Positions 59,811 through 64,000 of a stretch of 64,000 bases of DNA are shown piece by piece. Under the pieces are notes generated by a model. That model was given only the letters and a program-made list of their open reading frames with translations. It was not told where the DNA came from and ran no database searches. Numbering within the stretch: position 1 is the stretch's first letter; every line of letters starts with the position of its first letter. This DNA is from Cyanophora paradoxa CCMP329 (Eukaryota > Plantae > Glaucophyta): assembly GCA_004431415.1 (NCBI GenBank), contig QPMI01000064.1, positions 124,001-188,000 of the forward strand. Reading direction: 5' to 3'. A program made the position numbers and the translations under genes.

Positions 59811-60669
59811 GAAAGCTTGACCAGGAGCAGGATCCTCGGCGGGTCACTGGAACCTGCGCATTGTGAGCCAATCTGACCAGTAAGGCCCGATTCAGCGCAC
59901 CAGTTATTCAGCCGGCTCCGCTTGTCAGCGCTTCCGACCGCTTCGTGGCTTGGGGGTACTAGCACCACTTGCCAGCACGCAGTACCCCAACGAGCCTCGG
60001 CACACCCGGAACCGCGGGCTCTAGCTGTGCAAACGCGGTCTCTATAGCACATAGGCATTCCTAGCAAGGCGTTGGCACTGACGCGGCCCGCGTGCGCGCT
60101 TCCTACAAGGCGCGCGGTCGGCACCTCTATCGACAAGCCCGGCGCGGGCCGCACACGCACCAAACACGAAAGCACATCCACAGCTAGCGTTTAGAAGCGC
60201 TCAGAAGGCCGCCCGCGCTGATCGACTCGGCGGCTGCAACCGAGCTCCGGGGCCGCGCCTGCGGTGCCAGTCGTAGCTATGACCCCTACGTAGCTGCCCT
60301 AGCGCACTGATAGTGCTCCCCGGGCGCCCTGTGCCGCGCGCCGGCCGCGCCGTGTTCTCTGTGGACAGCTCTGGATTGCTCTCGTTACAACTGACGCTGT
60401 CGGTACTACATGATCGTACGAGAGCTGTGCATAGTGCGAACGAAGTTGGGAACTTCGTTGTTCCGATTTACAATAGTCACAGTTTTGCCAGCAAACTTCA
60501 TGATTCCGAGCTATTGGGACTGGGGGGGGGCCCCCTAGTGGAAGGCGCCACATGTGCGTGCGTTGAGCAAATCAGAAGGGAAGGGCGGGGGTGGGCGGAC
60601 GGGCGGGCCTCGGGACGGCCGTAGAAGGCGGCTAGGGAGGCGAAGCAGCCGGGGAGGCGGCTAGGGGAA

Positions 60670-60707
<38 letters not shown>

Positions 60708-61144
60708 TCCGAGGTTGGAGCCGGGCTGCCGGCGCCGGCCGCTGCCGCAGTGCCGCAGACGCCGCCCGCAGTGCCAGGGCCAGCAGCCAGGCTGCCAGGA
60801 GACGTCGACTCCGGATCGGATCCAAGGACACAATTCAGTGGTAAGCCACTGCTAGCGCTGCGCATGCTGCGCTGGTGCCGCAGTGCGGCAGTGGGCCAGC
60901 CTGGCATTGGCGCGTGCATGCGTAGTGCGCAGTACTAGCTATAGCCTACAGTGCGCACTACTAGTAGTACTGCGGCAGTGCGCGCAGCCCTACCTGCAGC
61001 CTGCCGCAGTGCAGCGCACTGCATGCATGATCTGCATCTAGCGCTGGCGCCGGGGCAGGCTGCACATGCTGGCATGGAGTGCCATGGAGTGGCATGGACA
61101 GTACTGGCGCCTCGGAGACGTCGACTCCGGATCCAAGGGCCCAA

Positions 61145-61618
61145 CTCCATCGACACCGATATTAATATTCCCTTTAACTAGTTCAACTTGATCGAAAGTA
61201 ATTGGATTCATCCATTGAATCTGCAACTGGATATCAATCCACATCCACGCGCATGCAGGCCGCCGGGCAAGCTTAAGGGAGGCAGATCATCGGATCATGA
61301 ACTCCACAAGATACTATGATAGCTCAGATAAATTCGATCATATTATATAAATTCCACAAGACAACGTTAATTATAACAACGGTACCGGTTCAAGCGGCAG
61401 CGATGCTGATGCGACGGGGCCGGCCGGCGATCGGGGGCCGCCGGCCGCAGCGAAGGCGCCACATGTGCGTGCGTTGAGCAAATCAGAAGGGAAGGGCGGG
61501 GGTGGGCGGACGGGCGGGCCTCGGGACGGCCGTAGAAGGCGGCTAGGGAGGCGAAGCAGCCGGGGGAGGCGGCTAGGGGAGGGGGGGGGGGGGGGGGGGG
61601 GGGGATCCGAGGTTGGAG
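61145..61618 (+). repeat. Local duplicate of the pre-insertion locus (53494-53689 + 55300-55413 + 60544-60720)
   Basis: Near-identical to the three segments flanking the family-C Helitron and the CACTA element, joined without the inserts. It includes the last codons of the F-box/LRR gene. Confidence 0.95.
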
Positions 61619-62658
61619 GCGAGCACGATAGCGCTAGCGCTGGCTGCGCATGCGACCGGCTGGAACGAGGCGAAGAGGCCCAGGCCCAGGCCCAGCTCTT
61701 TCTGGAGCGCGTGGGGCGCGTGCCGCAGCGCGCAGCGCCGCCCTCTCCCTCGCCGTCCAGGTCACCGGGTGCCACGGTGCGCGGTACCGCCCTGCAAGCT
61801 TAAGCTCGAGATCTAGAGCCAGACCCCGCGCGCCGGGCCGCCGGGCCGCGGCCCCGGCTCGACGCACTTGTTTAATTATAAATTACAATTACGGACTCGA
61901 TTCAAGAGAGCTTGAGGCCCTGATCGTGCATGTGGCCTTTCTTCAGGCTCGATCAAAAGCGACTCGGCGAACTGCAAACCCTTGCAAAACAAAATGTCTG
62001 GATCTAAATCTGCAAAATTGCAGCACGCAGATCTAGAACAGAGATATAATGCCGAGAAGATATCTACGAACTCGATCGAGCACGTCGCGATTGGATTCGA
62101 ATCTCGAGTTCAAGCTACAGTCATAGGCACGCGAAAATGGGAACGTAACGGAAGTCGTGGGCTAAATTCAAAAGGCGATGGCGAATAATAAAGTGAAGAC
62201 TGAATGTACATGTTCAAAAGCTACCACCAAGCCAAGTATTAGCTATGCATATGGTAGATAATACGCATCCGTATGCATGGGGCTATACACTACCAGTATT
62301 GCATGTTAATCTACCGGTACCCTGATCAAACGCAGAGTTGAAGAAAATTAAACTATTCACTAAACACACAGGAGCTGGCACTCGATCAAACGCTATAAGC
62401 GTGTCTGGCCGCGCAGTGCTGCGACGGCTTACAATCATGAAACAGACGGCTGGACCAGGGCGAAATTGGGCGAGCCGCTGTTGGTATCTACATATCTAAC
62501 GAGCTAGAACGATCCGGTGAAAAAACGCGCCGCAAGGCAGTTGTAATGAGTGTCTGAATCGAAGCTGGTGAAGACTCGACGCAGGCAATCCTGGCCAGTC
62601 GGCGTCGTGCGATGAGCACACATGTACACGTGCAGGCCGCCTGAGCGGACTCGCTCGC

Positions 62659-64000
62659 TCACGCCTGCTGCAGCCGCGGCAGCTGCGGCAGCTGCTGGAG
62701 CGCCCCGCTGACCATGCTGCGCGCGCGGGGCGGCCCAGGTCAGTCGGCTCGCTCGTTCGGCGCCGGCCCGCAGGCCCCCGAGGCACCTGCGGAACTCTTC
62801 CACGCGGAAGGGCTTCACGAGCACGCCCTCGATCCCCGCCCGCCTGCGACCCGGAGAAAGGCGCCGGTCAGCCGACGCGAAGCGAAAGAGCGAAGGGAAG
62901 GGCGCACCGGCAGCGGTCGCGGACGGCGGCGTCGACGTCGGCGGTGACGGCGGCCACGAAGGGGCGGGGCCCGGCGCCCGCGAGGGCGAGGATGCGCTCG
63001 CAGGCCTCCACGCCGCCCATCCGCGGCCTGCCGCACGGTCACGGTCAGCTCGGCCCGCGCGCGGTGCGATCGACAGAGATGACGTCCCCTGTAGCTAGAG
63101 CTAGCTAGAGCCGGGGCGCAGCGCCCAGATTCCCGCCCCGCCGTGCTCCGCCCTCCCTTGGCGCCCCGCCTCGCCCCGGCCTGGCCCGGCCCGCCCCGGC
63201 CCGCCCCGCCCCCGGGCCGGCGCACATGTTGAGGTCGAGGAGGACGCAGCGGTGGCGCCCGGCGGCCCAGCGCTCCACCGCCTCGGCCCCGTCCTCGGCG
63301 AAGTCGGCCCGCAGGCCCATCCCCTTCACCACCCGCGCGATCACCATCCGGTTGATCTGAGGGGGGGGGGGGGGGGGGGGGGCGGATCAGAGGGCGGCCG
63401 CGCGAGAGGGCGGAGGAGGAGCAGGGCGCACCGGTGGTCGTCAGCCACGAGGACGTCCGCCGGCGCCTCGGCCGGCGCCTCCGCCGCCGCCGCCGCCGCG
63501 GCCGCCGCCGAGTGCGGCCGCGAGCGCTGCTCCAGGACGGGTACGGCAGCCTCGGGCAGCGGCGAGAAGCGGACCGTGCTGCGGCGGTCCGCGGGCGGCG
63601 GCGCCGGCGGCGACGGGAGCGTCGCCGCCTTGATCAGCGCCCGCTGCGATCAAGCGCGCGCGGCTCGCGTCAGCCCCACAGCGGCGGCGCGGAGCGGCGG
63701 CGGGGCGCGGTTCATTGTCTTTAAATAATTTATCGCGTATAAGTTATCGCGTATAATTTATCACCTGGACGCGGGCGAAGGTGACGGGGGTGGTGAGGAA
63801 GGTGCGGCCCTGGGCCTGTCCCGCCCGGATCGGCGACACGGGGCTGCCCTGCCCCGCCGCCGTCGTCTCCTGCGCGAGCGAGCGGAAGCCGTGAGGCGCA
63901 GCGGCGGGTGGGCGGGCGGGTGTACGCACGTCGCGGCCCGATGCCTCCGCCGCCTTCTTGCGGTCGTACTCGCGGTCCTGCGTGCATGCCGCCCGCGCTC
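62659..64000 (-). CDS. 3' exons of a response-regulator receiver-domain protein (probably a hybrid histidine kinase); continues beyond the window
   Basis: Spliced receiver domain: VLVADDH|INRMVIARVVKGMGLRADFAEDGAEAVERWAAGRHRCVLLDLNM|PRMGGVEACERI...FVAAVTAD...RCR|RAGIEGVLVKPFRVEEFR|SMVSGALQQ...*. The DD, phospho-acceptor D, T and K residues are conserved. Confidence 0.85.

Larger units (their letters stand above)
55414..60540. mobile_element. CACTA (En/Spm) DNA transposon, non-autonomous, 5.1 kb
   Basis: ~40-bp TIRs begin CACTAGGGGG (55414-55453 and 60501-60540). The 3-bp TSD GAA lies at 55411-55413 and 60541-60543. A subterminal motif, tcggaacaacgaa(c/g)ttcccaa, is inverted at both ends. The empty site gcagc-gaa-ggcgcc is at 61447-61460. 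Confidence 0.95.

Noticed and set aside
58639-59871. Long Arg/Gly/Ala- or Pro-rich ORFs (283-410 aa)
   Set aside because: These are translations of the 40-bp GC minisatellite, open in several frames on both strands.
63105-63347. Receiver domain as evidence of bacterial DNA or contamination
   Set aside because: The domain is split by several GT-AG introns, so it is a eukaryotic gene.

Overview
This is GC-rich, intron-rich eukaryotic DNA (short introns of about 50-70 nt, alga- or protist-like), and most of it is transposon-derived. The main structure is a ~37-kb cluster of rolling-circle elements (Helitron2-like) at 9364-46187. What looks like a 1.2-1.5 kb satellite is a set of elements with 5'-TC(G/A)GGCGAAGCCTCT starts and 3' ends made of a subterminal inverted repeat, a GCA-loop hairpin and CTTG. 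They appear to insert into position 15/16 of their own 5' end: in three consecutive blocks the stacked 5' 15-mers are exactly balanced by 3' ends. One 12.7-kb member (14277-26934) encodes a spliced HUH-Rep/PIF1-helicase protein. It is predicted to be fused in frame to two N-terminal NTF2/G3BP-like domains and has one in-frame TGA. The element bodies carry a 149-bp internal tandem monomer. Comparing copies shows a recurrent micro-mutation X -> X.rc(X).X (X = 2-3 bp), which is a candidate CACTA excision footprint. Other elements: a 5'-truncated retro-insertion with a 15-bp TSD, a LINE fragment with RNase H, a second Helitron2-like family and a CACTA element. The last two are confirmed by an empty-site paralogous copy inside the window. 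Host genes: an F-box/LRR gene, the 3' end of a receiver-domain gene, and two spliced genes of unknown function. All splice models and domain calls were made by eye and have not been run through any search.
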